Source: Minisyncoccota bacterium
GTDB taxonomy: Bacteria > Patescibacteriota > Minisyncoccia > UBA6257 > 2-01-FULL-56-20
DNA: 64,000 nucleotides
Reading direction: 5' to 3'
Assembly (NCBI GenBank): GCA_035509435.1
Contig: DATJLR010000002.1
Coordinates: 5,774 to 69,773 of the forward strand
Position numbers and translations under genes: made by a program. Below, in pieces: positions 19,401 to 28,281 of this stretch. Every line of letters begins with the position of its first letter. Position 1 is the first letter of the stretch. Below the pieces are notes generated by a model, which saw nothing but the letters and a program-made list of their open reading frames with translations, made no database searches and had not been told where the DNA came from.

Positions 19401-19823
19401 TTAGCGGTCGCCGATGAAAGGGCGGGCGGTGCGGGCGTGGTGTGACTTGTGTCGCGTCTCATGCTTCGTGCCTTCTCTCCGGGCGATCTGTTGGATGATG
19501 GCTGCTGATTGCTTGGGAGAAGCGAAGACATTCGGCTGTCGTACCGGAGTTGGCGGAGGGCCATCCAACGCGCCGGGATCAAAGATGATGCCTTGTGAAG
19601 CTTTGGGAGCCGGAAGCGGCGGCGAAGGGATGTTTCTGAAGAATGCCTCGATGCGGGGTGGTCGATTGGGGTCGTCCAGGTTTCGCGTCGTGACTGCGCG
19701 GATAAGGCCATCGCTGGGGGCCTTGTTGCTTTTGGGCATCGGGGCCAGTGTGGTGGGTGCGGTCAGTTCGAGGTAGCGGCGCGCCTCAACTTGCTGGGGC
19801 GTGGGTTCCGGTGTTCTTTCCAT
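19401..19823 (-). CDS. Proline-rich hypothetical protein
   Basis: ORF between murE and the MBL gene; terminator-like hairpin at ~19354-19381; no recognisable motif. Confidence 0.4.
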   Translation of the reverse strand: MERTPEPTPQQVEARRYLELTAPTTLAPMPKSNKAPSDGLIRAVTTRNLDDPNRPPRIEAFFRNIPSPPLPAPKASQGIIFDPGALDGPPPTPVRQPNVFASPKQSAAIIQQIARREGTKHETRHKSHHARTARPFIGDR

Positions 19824-19912
19824 GTTGCGCACACTCCGTAGGATGAATTGGTTCTACCCTTAACCATACTCCGATTTGTCGGCGGGTGCAAGCCACCGTA
19901 TAATTAGCTTAT

Positions 19913-21265
19913 ATGCAGCTTACTTTCTACGGAGGCACGGGCGAGGCCACGGGCTCGAACTATATTTTGGAATCCGGCGGCACGAAGATCATGATCGACT
20001 GCGGGCTCCACCAGGGGAGCCACTATGCCGACCGCGAGAACTTCGAACAGTTCGCGTACGACCCAAAGTCGGTGTCGGCGGTGTTCATTTCCCACTCGCA
20101 TCTTGATCACATCGGCCGCCTGCCGAGCCTGGTGCTCGCCGGCTTTGCTGGAACCATCTATTCCACGCACGCCACGCGCGACTTTGCGGCGCTCATGCTC
20201 GAGGACTCCGAGCACTTGCTTGCCAAGGAAGCCGAACGCGAAGCGCGGCCGCCGCTCTATCGCGATGAGGACATCCCGAAAGTGACGGCGCTGTGGAAAG
20301 GCGTGAAATATCATGAGCCGGTCACGGTCGGGCCGTTCAAAGTTGAGCTCTATGACGCAGGACATATTCTTGGCTCTGCGATCATCCACGTGGAGTGCGA
20401 GGGGAAGACGATCGTGTTCTCCGGTGACCTCGGCAATGTGCCGTCGCCGCTTATCAAGCCGACGGAAAAGATCCCGTCAGCGGACTATTGCCTGATCGAA
20501 TCCACGTATGGCGACCGCGTGCACGAGGACGTGTCGGCTCGCCGCGAGATGCTGCTTGGCGCGATCACGGAAACGTTCGCCCGCGGCGGCGTGCTCATGA
20601 TCCCGACGTTCGCGATGGAGCGCACGCAGGACCTGCTCTTCCACTTTCACCAGTTGTATGAGGAAAAAAAATTGCCCGATGAGCCGATCTTTTTGGATAG
20701 CCCGCTCGCGATCAAACTCACCGAGCTTTTCAAAAAGCACGAGGACGCGTTCAGCGATAAAGTGGAGAATATCATAAAAACCGGCACGGACGGTGACATT
20801 CTGAGCTTTCCCGACCTGCGCGTCACGCTCACGACGGAGCAGTCAAAGGATATCAACAACATCCCCGCGCCCAAGATCATCATCGCCGGTTCCGGCATGT
20901 CGAACGGCGGTCGCATTCTTCACCACGAGCTGCGGTATTTGCCGGATCCCAAAAGCGAGGTGGTGTTCGTCGGCTATCAGGCGGAGGGCTCGATGGGGCG
21001 TGAGATGCTGATGGGCGCGAGCGAAGTGCGCATCTTCGGCGAGACGGTGCCGGTGCGGTGCCATAAGATCGACATTCCCGGATATTCCGCCCACGCCGAC
21101 CAGCCCCACCTGCTTGACTGGCTGAGCAGCATGAAAAATTCGTTAAAAAAGGTCTACGTGGTGCAGGGCGAACAGGCGTCGAGTGAAACGCTCGCGCATA
21201 AGATCATCGACGGGTTCGGCGTCGCCGCGGAGGTGCCGCATCTCGGCGAGAGTGTTACACTATAA
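19913..21265 (+). CDS. MBL-fold metallo-hydrolase, beta-CASP RNA-processing family
   Basis: IDCG, SHSHLDHIG, AGHILGSA, FSGDLG, ESTYG, AGSGM, GYQA, YSAHAD. Confidence 0.92.
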   Translation: MQLTFYGGTGEATGSNYILESGGTKIMIDCGLHQGSHYADRENFEQFAYDPKSVSAVFISHSHLDHIGRLPSLVLAGFAGTIYSTHATRDFAALMLEDSEHLLAKEAEREARPPLYRDEDIPKVTALWKGVKYHEPVTVGPFKVELYDAGHILGSAIIHVECEGKTIVFSGDLGNVPSPLIKPTEKIPSADYCLIESTYGDRVHEDVSARREMLLGAITETFARGGVLMIPTFAMERTQDLLFHFHQLYEEKKLPDEPIFLDSPLAIKLTELFKKHEDAFSDKVENIIKTGTDGDILSFPDLRVTLTTEQSKDINNIPAPKIIIAGSGMSNGGRILHHELRYLPDPKSEVVFVGYQAEGSMGREMLMGASEVRIFGETVPVRCHKIDIPGYSAHADQPHLLDWLSSMKNSLKKVYVVQGEQASSETLAHKIIDGFGVAAEVPHLGESVTL

Positions 21266-21286
21266 ATACATCAAGGAAAAAATATC

Positions 21287-21877
21287 ATGACAACAAAAAA
21301 AATAGACACGGCATATCACCTTAAATATAAGATATGCATTTCGGGCGCCGCGGAGATCGAACATTGTCCCCCTGGCACGGTGGAAAAGGCGGAGCAGATC
21401 GGGCGGCTTATCGCGCAGGCGGGCGTGGTGTTGGTTGACGGCGCGACCACCGGCATCCCGTACTATGCGGCGAAGGGCGCAAAAGAAGCGGGCGGCATCG
21501 TGATCGGGCTTTCGCCGGCGGAATCAAAGGCCGCGCATGTGCGCACGTACCGCCTGCCGATCGACTACCATGACCTTATCATCTACACGGGCTTCGGCTA
21601 TTCCGGGCGCAATCTTTTGCTTACGCGATCGGCGGATGCCGTCATCACGATCTACGGCCGCATCGGCACCCTGAACGAGTTCACGATCGCATTCGAGGAC
21701 AAGAAACCGCAGGGCGTGCTCACGCACACCGGCGGCACGAGCGATGAGCTCGAGCATATTTTGAAGATCGCGCACCGCGGCAACGGCAAGGCGGTGTTCG
21801 AAGAGGATCCAAAACTATTGGTCGAAAAAGTAATAGAACTTATCCATGAAGAAGAAGAAAAGCGCGAGATCGAATAA
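21287..21877 (+). CDS. LOG/SLOG family protein
   Basis: GATTGIP..AAKGA, TGFGYSGRNLLLTRSADAV, GRIGTLNEF. Confidence 0.8.
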   Translation: MTTKKIDTAYHLKYKICISGAAEIEHCPPGTVEKAEQIGRLIAQAGVVLVDGATTGIPYYAAKGAKEAGGIVIGLSPAESKAAHVRTYRLPIDYHDLIIYTGFGYSGRNLLLTRSADAVITIYGRIGTLNEFTIAFEDKKPQGVLTHTGGTSDELEHILKIAHRGNGKAVFEEDPKLLVEKVIELIHEEEEKREIE

Positions 21878-22193
21878 GAAGGCGGCAAAGAAAAAAGCGG
21901 CGTCGAAGCGCAGATCCGCAGCGAAGCGGAAGGCCGCGCCGGTTAAAAAAGTGAAGCCGATCGGCAGGGTCACGCATTATTACACGCACATCAAGGTGGC
22001 GATCGTAAAGTTCAACACGAACGTCAAGGCGGGGACCTCGCTGTATTTCAAGGGTGCAACGACGGACTTTACGGAAGCGGCAAAGTCCATGCAGTTCGAT
22101 CATGTGCCGGTGGCAGTGGCCAAGAAGGGGAAGCAGATCGGCATCAAGCTAAAAAAGCGTGTGCGGGAAGGCGATGGTGTTTATAAAGCATAG
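21846..22193 (+). CDS. Small translation-factor-like beta-barrel protein with Lys/Ala-rich N-terminus
   Basis: IGRVTHYYTHIKVAIV...KGATTDF...SMQ.DH.PV...G..IGIK...RVREGD.VY. Confidence 0.7.
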   Translation: MKKKKSARSNKKAAKKKAASKRRSAAKRKAAPVKKVKPIGRVTHYYTHIKVAIVKFNTNVKAGTSLYFKGATTDFTEAAKSMQFDHVPVAVAKKGKQIGIKLKKRVREGDGVYKA

Positions 22194-22202
22194 CGCGGCA
22201 CG

Positions 22203-23351
22203 ATGAACAAGCGCCTGACCATCGCGGCGATCGTGGCCGCGGCAACGATCGGGGAGGGCGTCTTTGCGGTGCCGTATATCATCCAGAATTCGGGATGGGC
22301 CGTCACGTTCGGATATTTCATCGCTGTCATCGCGCTCGTTTCGGTCGCGCACATACTGTATCTGCGGACGCTCGCATCCACGGATGAAAAAGAACGCCTG
22401 CTCGGCCTCGCCCGGAACTATTTCGGCGCGCCCGGTTTTTGGACGGGATTCGTCGCGATCGTCGTGGGGCTTCTTCTCAGTTCTGTCGCGTATCTCGTTC
22501 TCGGATCCCAGTTCCTGCAAATATTGTTCCCGGGCATCGCTCCCGCTGCCGCCCTCGCCGTCTTCTGGGCGCTGCTCGCGATCCTTGTGTGGGGGAGCGA
22601 GGGCGGCATTGCATGGTTCGAGGCGACAGGCATCGCGCTCGTCTCTATCGCAATATTGTTCATATTTTTTTCGGGCCATCCCGGCACGGCGTTCGCGTCG
22701 CTTCCTCTCGCGGTTCCGGAAAATTTTTTCCTGCCGTTCGGCGTCGTGATCTTTGCGCTGGCAGGATGGACCTGCGTGGAACCGGTGTACGAGCTTGCCT
22801 ATCGGAAGGGCGATGACCGCGGTGCCAAGAGCGCAAAGAGCGGCGAGAAGCCCCTTGCGCTCCCGGGGGCGTTCTGGCTTTTTGCGCTCGGCACCGCGTT
22901 CGCAGGATTGCTCTATTGGCTTTTTGCCGCAGGCGTCATCGGCACGACGGGTTCGCAGATGACGGCGGACACGGTATCCGGCATCGCCGCATGGCCGCTG
23001 TGGCGGAAGGATATCCTTGCCGCGATCGGACTTCTTTCGGTGTGCGTCGTCTCGGTGCCGATCGCCCGCGAGATCCGCGGCGCGATGGAAAAGGACCTTG
23101 GATGGAACTCGACCGTTTCACGCTCGGTGATCGTTCTCCTTCCGCTCGCCGCGGTGCTGTCGGGATTCAATAACTTTCTCGCGATCATCGGTCTCGCGGG
23201 CGGCGTTTTCATCAGCACACAGTATCTTCTGATCATCTCCGTCGGACGCCGCACGCTCGCCCTCGCGCAGCGCGAGAAGATCCTGCTCGACGTCGTTGCC
23301 GTCGTCTTCATCTGTGCCGCAGTTTACGAGATCTGGCATTTCGTTGTATAA
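22203..23351 (+). CDS. Aromatic amino acid permease-like (APC) transporter
   Basis: TIGEGVFAVPY..SG TM1 motif; about 11 hydrophobic segments. Confidence 0.75.
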   Translation: MNKRLTIAAIVAAATIGEGVFAVPYIIQNSGWAVTFGYFIAVIALVSVAHILYLRTLASTDEKERLLGLARNYFGAPGFWTGFVAIVVGLLLSSVAYLVLGSQFLQILFPGIAPAAALAVFWALLAILVWGSEGGIAWFEATGIALVSIAILFIFFSGHPGTAFASLPLAVPENFFLPFGVVIFALAGWTCVEPVYELAYRKGDDRGAKSAKSGEKPLALPGAFWLFALGTAFAGLLYWLFAAGVIGTTGSQMTADTVSGIAAWPLWRKDILAAIGLLSVCVVSVPIAREIRGAMEKDLGWNSTVSRSVIVLLPLAAVLSGFNNFLAIIGLAGGVFISTQYLLIISVGRRTLALAQREKILLDVVAVVFICAAVYEIWHFVV

Positions 23352-23384
23352 AGAGAGGCGTCAGGCGCGCTCCGCACGCGACAC

Positions 23385-23456
23385 GCTCTCGTAGTTTAAT
23401 GGATAGAATATCTCCCTCCGAAGGAGGTGGTACAGGTTCGATTCCTGTCGAGAGCA
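23385..23456 (+). tRNA. tRNA-Arg(CCG)
   Basis: gctctcg...cgagagc-a acceptor stem; ct-CCG-aa anticodon loop; ggttcgattcc T arm. Confidence 0.92.
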
Positions 23457-23546
23457 CATGGCAGTGAGACCAGACCGAGGTGCATAGATGCTATCTTTTC
23501 TGAGATACGTCACAGTGCCCCTACATAAAAACCGAACCAAACAACG

Positions 23547-23789
23547 CTACTTTTTTAGCAGGAACATTTCTGCTTTGCCTCCCTCGATAAATTTATTGGA
23601 GGGAACAAGCGTTAAGAGTTCTTCCCGCAGTTCTTTTTCAAACTCCTCCGCTCGGTCTCCGAAGAGCCGTTTATTGGCATATGATGTGGAATAAAGAAAT
23701 CCCACGATCTCGTCGATATTTCGTTCGGTAGTATATTCATATGTTTTTAAATTGTAGGTACGGAACGGGGATTCCGAAATGCGAGCCAA
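23547..23789 (-). pseudogene. Probable C-terminal fragment of a SAM-dependent methyltransferase
   Basis: LYSTSYA..LFGDRAEEFEKELRE resembles methyltransferase C-termini; no good start and no SAM-binding motif. Confidence 0.35.
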
Positions 23790-23961
23790 CCAAGATAGAC
23801 CCTTTCTTCGCCATCATCTTCCGCCACGGCAGACATATATAAACCTCCTACTGTATAAAATCTATACTAGTTGGTCGGCGAGCGTCAACTTTATAACAGA
23901 AAAGCCCTGCGTGAAGCAGGGCTTTGGGGTTGGCCATCGCGTCATCTCCGTCGGCCAGCCC

Positions 23962-24201
23962 TCAAGATTTCCGACGCCGAAACGAGCGGATCACGCGAGA
24001 CCAACATCCAGGTGATGGAGGTCCGCCGCTTAACACCGCAAGCGACAATTGTCCTCCGAGAGCAACTGTTAGCATCAGACCGATGCCCAGCCATTGAGGG
24101 TCGTGGATGGAATAGCGGTATCCACAGAACCCTATCCCTGACACTACAAAGATAAAAAGCGACGCCTTGGCATTTCTTGGCTGTATGAGCCTGGCTGACA
24201 T
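23962..24201 (-). CDS. Small two-TM hypothetical protein (paralog of 25583-25858)
   Basis: GGAGG SD; FCGYRYSIHDPQWL..GL.LTV..GGQ matches the paralog. Confidence 0.7.
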   Translation of the reverse strand: MSARLIQPRNAKASLFIFVVSGIGFCGYRYSIHDPQWLGIGLMLTVALGGQLSLAVLSGGPPSPGCWSRVIRSFRRRKS

Positions 24202-24305
24202 GCTCGGTTACCTCCTCTCATTGTGATATGGCAAATACCTTCCGAACTATAGCGCCGGCACAAGCGGCTCGTCAATAAATTGATTGGAGCGTGATTCTAA
24301 TTTAT

Positions 24306-24334
24306 TTGACGTCCGCAAAATCAAATAATATAAT
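24306..24334 (+). promoter_or_regulatory. sigma70 promoter for HTH gene
   Basis: TTGACG-17 nt-TATAAT. Confidence 0.7.
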
Positions 24335-24361
24335 GCAGGCAGTTTTCGAAGGGAGTTTCTC

Positions 24362-24622
24362 ATGATTGAAATCGCAGGGGTAAAGTTTTACAACATAGAA
24401 GAAACTGCACGGCTTCTCGGCATTACGCCGCGGACGCTTCAACGATGGACGAATTGCCATGATGAGGGATCGGAACGGCCGAAACATATCAAAGGCCTTC
24501 GTCCGGTGCATGCGCCGAATGGCAAAAAGCTCTTTAAAGAAGCGGATATTCTCAAAGCGGTGTCTGCTTGCTTTGAAATGGAAGTTAGCGCCGCATCACT
24601 TCCAGAGATCGGAAAGATATGA
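24362..24622 (+). CDS. MerR/excisionase-like HTH protein
   Basis: FYNIEETARLLGITPRTLQRW...PNGKKLFKEADI. Confidence 0.75.
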   Translation: MIEIAGVKFYNIEETARLLGITPRTLQRWTNCHDEGSERPKHIKGLRPVHAPNGKKLFKEADILKAVSACFEMEVSAASLPEIGKI

Positions 24623-24750
24623 GCCCACATTTGCGAATAATGTGGGCTTGATTTATCCTACCCACAGAGGAAAACGGCATGGCAACGAAGTGACGGAGCA
24701 GGTCGGTCTCAGCAGATAAGGAATTGAGCGGTCGATTTTTCGGTTAGGAC

Positions 24751-24779
24751 AGCGCATCTTCGGATGCGCTATTTTTTTT
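24751..24779 (+). terminator. Intrinsic terminator
   Basis: agcgcatc-ttcg-gatgcgct followed by a run of T. Confidence 0.8.
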
Positions 24780-24831
24780 GTCGTTCTCATGTAAAGCATC
24801 TCCGTGCGCACAATACAGTATAATAAAATGG

Positions 24832-25158
24832 ATGGCGGATGACTTCTTCTTTATCTTTTTGGGTACGATAGTGGCAACAAGACTTTTCCTTTTTATGAAG
24901 CCGTTGCCGGCGCCGACGGTCGGGAAATTGAGGGTGCACCATTATATGTACGGGCTATTGGGAATTGTGATCGCGCTTGCGATCCACTCGCTCATCCTTT
25001 ACGCAGTGGGATGGGGATTGTTCGTGGACGAATTGACCTATCTGGTTATCGGCGGGAAAACCCACCAAGACAATTATTCGGCGCTTTCCCTGTCGGGAAC
25101 GGTGATCTTGATGGTTGTGATTTTCTTTGCGAGGGGCTGGATAGTTACACCTTTCTAA
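24832..25158 (+). CDS. Small membrane protein (HHY...FVDEL type)
   Basis: 4 hydrophobic segments; LRVHHYMYG and GLFVDEL motifs. Confidence 0.7.
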   Translation: MADDFFFIFLGTIVATRLFLFMKPLPAPTVGKLRVHHYMYGLLGIVIALAIHSLILYAVGWGLFVDELTYLVIGGKTHQDNYSALSLSGTVILMVVIFFARGWIVTPF

Positions 25159-25197
25159 TTAATAAGGAGCCGATATTTCTATCGGCTCCTCGAGTCG

Positions 25198-25389
25198 CTA
25201 CGCTTCGCGGTGGTAAAGGATGAGGTAGGTGATCACGATCCCCACTAGGGCGCATCCAAGCAGTACGTCTTGGAGAAGTCCCATTGGCTGGTGGGTGGCG
25301 AGCGCGACTATCGCCACGGCGGCCAGAAGGATCCAGAGGAGCGCGAGAAGGATGCGATCATTTTTTACGTCGATCAGTGGAACGGGCAC
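25198..25389 (-). CDS. Small two-TM hypothetical protein
   Basis: AAGGAGGT SD before GTG; terminator hairpin at 25166-25189; resembles 7423-7584. Confidence 0.6.
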   Translation of the reverse strand: MPVPLIDVKNDRILLALLWILLAAVAIVALATHQPMGLLQDVLLGCALVGIVITYLILYHREA

Positions 25390-25582
25390 GACACCTCCTT
25401 ATTAAAACCTACAGGTACCATACCAGAAAATTCATAGATTTCCAATCGAATTGATTTCTATACTCACTGGCGTGATTCGGATAATACGTCGCGTTATTAG
25501 AACTGTGATGGCGGTTGACCACTCCCCGACAGGGATATATAGTTCAATGGGAAATTTATCAGACCGTTAATATGGAGGTAGT

Positions 25583-25858
25583 ATGGCGCGTGACAGGATG
25601 GTGCAGCCGGGAAGTATTCGGCGGGCATTGACGTTTCTCTTTGTGGCGGCAATTGCCTTCTGCTTCTACCGATTCTCCGTACATGATCGCGATTGGTTGG
25701 CAGGCGGGCTCGTTCTTACCGTTTTCGTCGGTGGACAGGTGGCCATGCTGATACTGACAGCGCCCCCGCCGGCACCGCGCGGATTCTGGAAGTCCGTCAT
25801 AGCGGAACTTTGGCGTTATTGGAAGCAACATCGTGCAATGGGTCAGCCTAAGGGCTGA
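25583..25858 (+). CDS. Small two-TM hypothetical protein (paralog of 23962-24201)
   Basis: GGAGG SD; FCFYRFSVHDRDWL..GL.LTV..GGQ. Confidence 0.7.
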   Translation: MARDRMVQPGSIRRALTFLFVAAIAFCFYRFSVHDRDWLAGGLVLTVFVGGQVAMLILTAPPPAPRGFWKSVIAELWRYWKQHRAMGQPKG

Positions 25859-26436
25859 TCCATTATTTTTAATAAGTTCAAATCTTTCAGTTTTGCTGTG
25901 AGTTCGTCCGCGCCTTCGAAAAGAATCCCTTTTATGCCTACTGCTTCCGCGCCGCGTATATTCGAAGCGCCGTCGTCTATAAAAATGGCCTTTTGGGGTT
26001 CTACGTCCAGCGTGGTGAGGACAGCTCGAAAAATTTCAGCACTCGGCTTCGTATGGCCGACCTCGGAAGAAATGACGATTGCGTCAAAATATTTGATCAG
26101 GCCATTCTCGCCTAAAATTCTCCTTAAAAGGGTTGCGCTCGCGTCAGAGAGAAGGCCGATCTTGTAACGCTCTTTTAATGTCTTGATGATGTCGATAACC
26201 TTCGTGTTGATCATCCTCATCTCGTCCAACTCTTTCTCGATTTCGCCGTTCGGGATGCCGCTTCGCTTGGAGAGCGTCTCGATATATGCTTTTTCGGGTG
26301 CGAGGCCAAGATCCACTTTCTCGCCGATCTCTCGATACAGCGCCCCCGGATCTTTGATGTGATGTTTTTCAGTCCAGGTCTTGTGGAGATCGGGACAGAT
26401 GACGCCGAAAAAATCAAATATGACGGCTTCGATCAT
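25843..26436 (-). CDS. HAD family hydrolase
   Basis: VIFDFFGVI, LLSDA, KPSAEIF, FIDD...N..GA..VG. Confidence 0.9.
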   Translation of the reverse strand: MIEAVIFDFFGVICPDLHKTWTEKHHIKDPGALYREIGEKVDLGLAPEKAYIETLSKRSGIPNGEIEKELDEMRMINTKVIDIIKTLKERYKIGLLSDASATLLRRILGENGLIKYFDAIVISSEVGHTKPSAEIFRAVLTTLDVEPQKAIFIDDGASNIRGAEAVGIKGILFEGADELTAKLKDLNLLKIMDQPLG

Positions 26437-26530
26437 AGGCTGATTGTATCATACGATTTAATTCGCCGCCGGGCTTAATCCTAAGTGCAGAAAAAAGATA
26501 AAGGCAGGAACCGAAGTTCCTGCCTTGTCA

Positions 26531-26968
26531 TCACTCCCACTCGCCGTAGTTATCACGGTTCGCGAGGGCGCGTTGGATCCTTTCCTTCCGCCTACGAAAG
26601 CCCGGATGCGGAGGAAGCGCCTTCCATGCTTCCTCCATGGTGATGTTGTTCTGCTTGGAAAGCCGCCATGCCGCCTGGTAGCATCGACGGCAAACTTGGA
26701 GCAGGCCGATCCGTTTCATCCTGCGCTCGTCAACACTTTTTGGTAAGCGCCTCCGGCATCGGGGACACGGCAGCGCCTTCTCCCGGCGTGGATATCTCCG
26801 TGGCGGTTTCATTGTAAAAACCGACAAAGAGTGATGATTCACGCCGAGGCGGTTCGCTTCGTAGTGGAGGTCCGCGTAGCAGGTATTACAGAGTTTTGCG
26901 CCGTTCACAGCGCGTGTCCGCCGGGGGACAAGTTCGTTCGTGCACCACGGCGCTTCGCATCGGGCCAT
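26531..26968 (-). CDS. Basic protein with two tandem Cys4 zinc-finger-like motifs
   Basis: CEAPWC...LCNTCY and CPRC...VCRRCY; AAGGAGG SD; terminator at 26501-26526. Confidence 0.65.
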   Translation of the reverse strand: MARCEAPWCTNELVPRRTRAVNGAKLCNTCYADLHYEANRLGVNHHSLSVFTMKPPRRYPRREKALPCPRCRRRLPKSVDERRMKRIGLLQVCRRCYQAAWRLSKQNNITMEEAWKALPPHPGFRRRKERIQRALANRDNYGEWE

Positions 26969-26996
26969 ACATTCCTCCTTCCGGTTTCCGCGACCA

Positions 26997-27338
26997 TTAT
27001 GCCTGCCGCGCAGCATAAAAGTCAAAGCGGGTTTTTGTGAAGGGCATCCGCGGCCGTTCGCGGCGATAGCCCGTCACGAGGTCGAAGAATCCCTTGCAGT
27101 GCTTGTTCGCGAGATAGATGCAGTGGGAGAGGTCAATCCCTTCCGCCTCGCCGAGACGCGTGAGCGCCGCCGCTTGTTCCGGCGACACCTCGCTCACGAT
27201 CTTTTCCCAAGCAAGCTTGCCCCCTTTAAATTTGTGGATGAGGATGCTTCCCTCGACTTCCTGAATGAGGATCTCCGGGTTGCCGATAAGCAAACTCCAC
27301 GATTTGTTTCCCGGCAGGATATATTTCTCGTATTCCAT
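26997..27338 (-). CDS. Hypothetical protein
   Basis: AAAGGAG SD before MEYEKY; co-oriented with the zinc-finger gene. Confidence 0.55.
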   Translation of the reverse strand: MEYEKYILPGNKSWSLLIGNPEILIQEVEGSILIHKFKGGKLAWEKIVSEVSPEQAAALTRLGEAEGIDLSHCIYLANKHCKGFFDLVTGYRRERPRMPFTKTRFDFYAARQA

Positions 27339-27371
27339 AACGGCTCCTTTTCGGTTAGCGGATCGTTTGAA

Positions 27372-27543
27372 ATAAAAAACACCATGCACAAGCGGTGTTT
27401 TCAGGCGTAGGTTCCTTATGAACAGCACATCATCGTTCCCGTGCGGGTTGGAAGCACCTTACTGTAGAAGCAGGTTGCTGGAGCGTCGTAGGGCCAAATC
27501 CCTCGGCTCACTCTTGATAATATTCTGTTCTCAAGGAGCGATA
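27372..27543 (-). ncRNA. Candidate structured leader/sRNA ending in a terminator
   Basis: Promoter upstream; long imperfect closing stem around several hairpins; terminator aaaacacc...ggtgttttttattt. Confidence 0.45.
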
Positions 27544-27548
27544 AAATA

Positions 27549-27577
27549 ATAGTAGGACGGTCAGAGGAGTGTGTCAA
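27549..27577 (-). promoter_or_regulatory. sigma70 promoter
   Basis: Minus strand TTGACA-17 nt-TACTAT. Confidence 0.7.
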
Positions 27578-27687
27578 TATAACCGGAAGCGGCACTCTTC
27601 TGTTTAAATGGACGGATCTTGTTCTTGACTTGTGGCGATCTATGACGTATAACAATCCCAGCGGTAAGAAAGGATCGGGAGGAAATA

Positions 27688-27933
27688 ATGGTAAGACTGC
27701 AGGTAACGAGCACTGGGACCAAGGTTCTGATCGACGGACAGGACTTCGGTCGCATATGTGAAGATCGCGGCTTTTATGTCAACCCGCCGGATGTTCGCAC
27801 GTTCATGCGGATCTCCCCGGAAGATCTCCGGGAAATTGCCACTTTGGCGGAAGAGGCGATGCGCAAGAAGCGTGTAGGGAAAGCGGTTGCCGAAGCGGCC
27901 CGAAACGGCGATATCCGAGCAGTGATAGGATAA
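27688..27933 (+). CDS. Hypothetical protein
   Basis: GGGAGG SD; GC-rich hairpin with T tract downstream. Confidence 0.55.
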   Translation: MVRLQVTSTGTKVLIDGQDFGRICEDRGFYVNPPDVRTFMRISPEDLREIATLAEEAMRKKRVGKAVAEAARNGDIRAVIG

Positions 27934-28070
27934 GAGGGCGCCCGTCACGGCCGTCCGGGAGCATATTCCGGGCGGCCTTTTCATTTGACTCCGCTCGCTG
28001 CGGCGTGCTATACTCGTGATACCTCCCAACCGCGAGTATAGCGGTATTTTAATTAGAAAAACCGGCAAAA

Positions 28071-28259
28071 ATGTTTTCACGCATAGGAAAATTTTTCAGT
28101 GAGGCACGGACGGAGCTCCGTCACGTAAACTGGCCCACCCGCCAGGAAGCGACCCGGCTCACGCTCATCGTCATCGGGATGTCGCTCGGCCTCGCGCTGT
28201 ATCTGGGCGCCTTTGATTATCTTTTCTCGTTCTTGATAAAGAATTTTATTTTGGCGTAA
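28071..28259 (+). CDS. secE: Preprotein translocase subunit SecE
   Basis: ELRHVNWPTRQE plus single TM; upstream of nusG. Confidence 0.95.
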   Translation: MFSRIGKFFSEARTELRHVNWPTRQEATRLTLIVIGMSLGLALYLGAFDYLFSFLIKNFILA

Positions 28260-28281
28260 TATTGTATTAACAGGGGAAGCT

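Noticed and set aside
24679-24693. Tiny ORF MATK with an SD-like sequence before a terminator
   Set aside because: Too short to support without conservation or expression data.
23457-28000. Intact prophage or integron
   Set aside because: No integrase, structural genes, att repeats or repeated attC-like sites were recognised.
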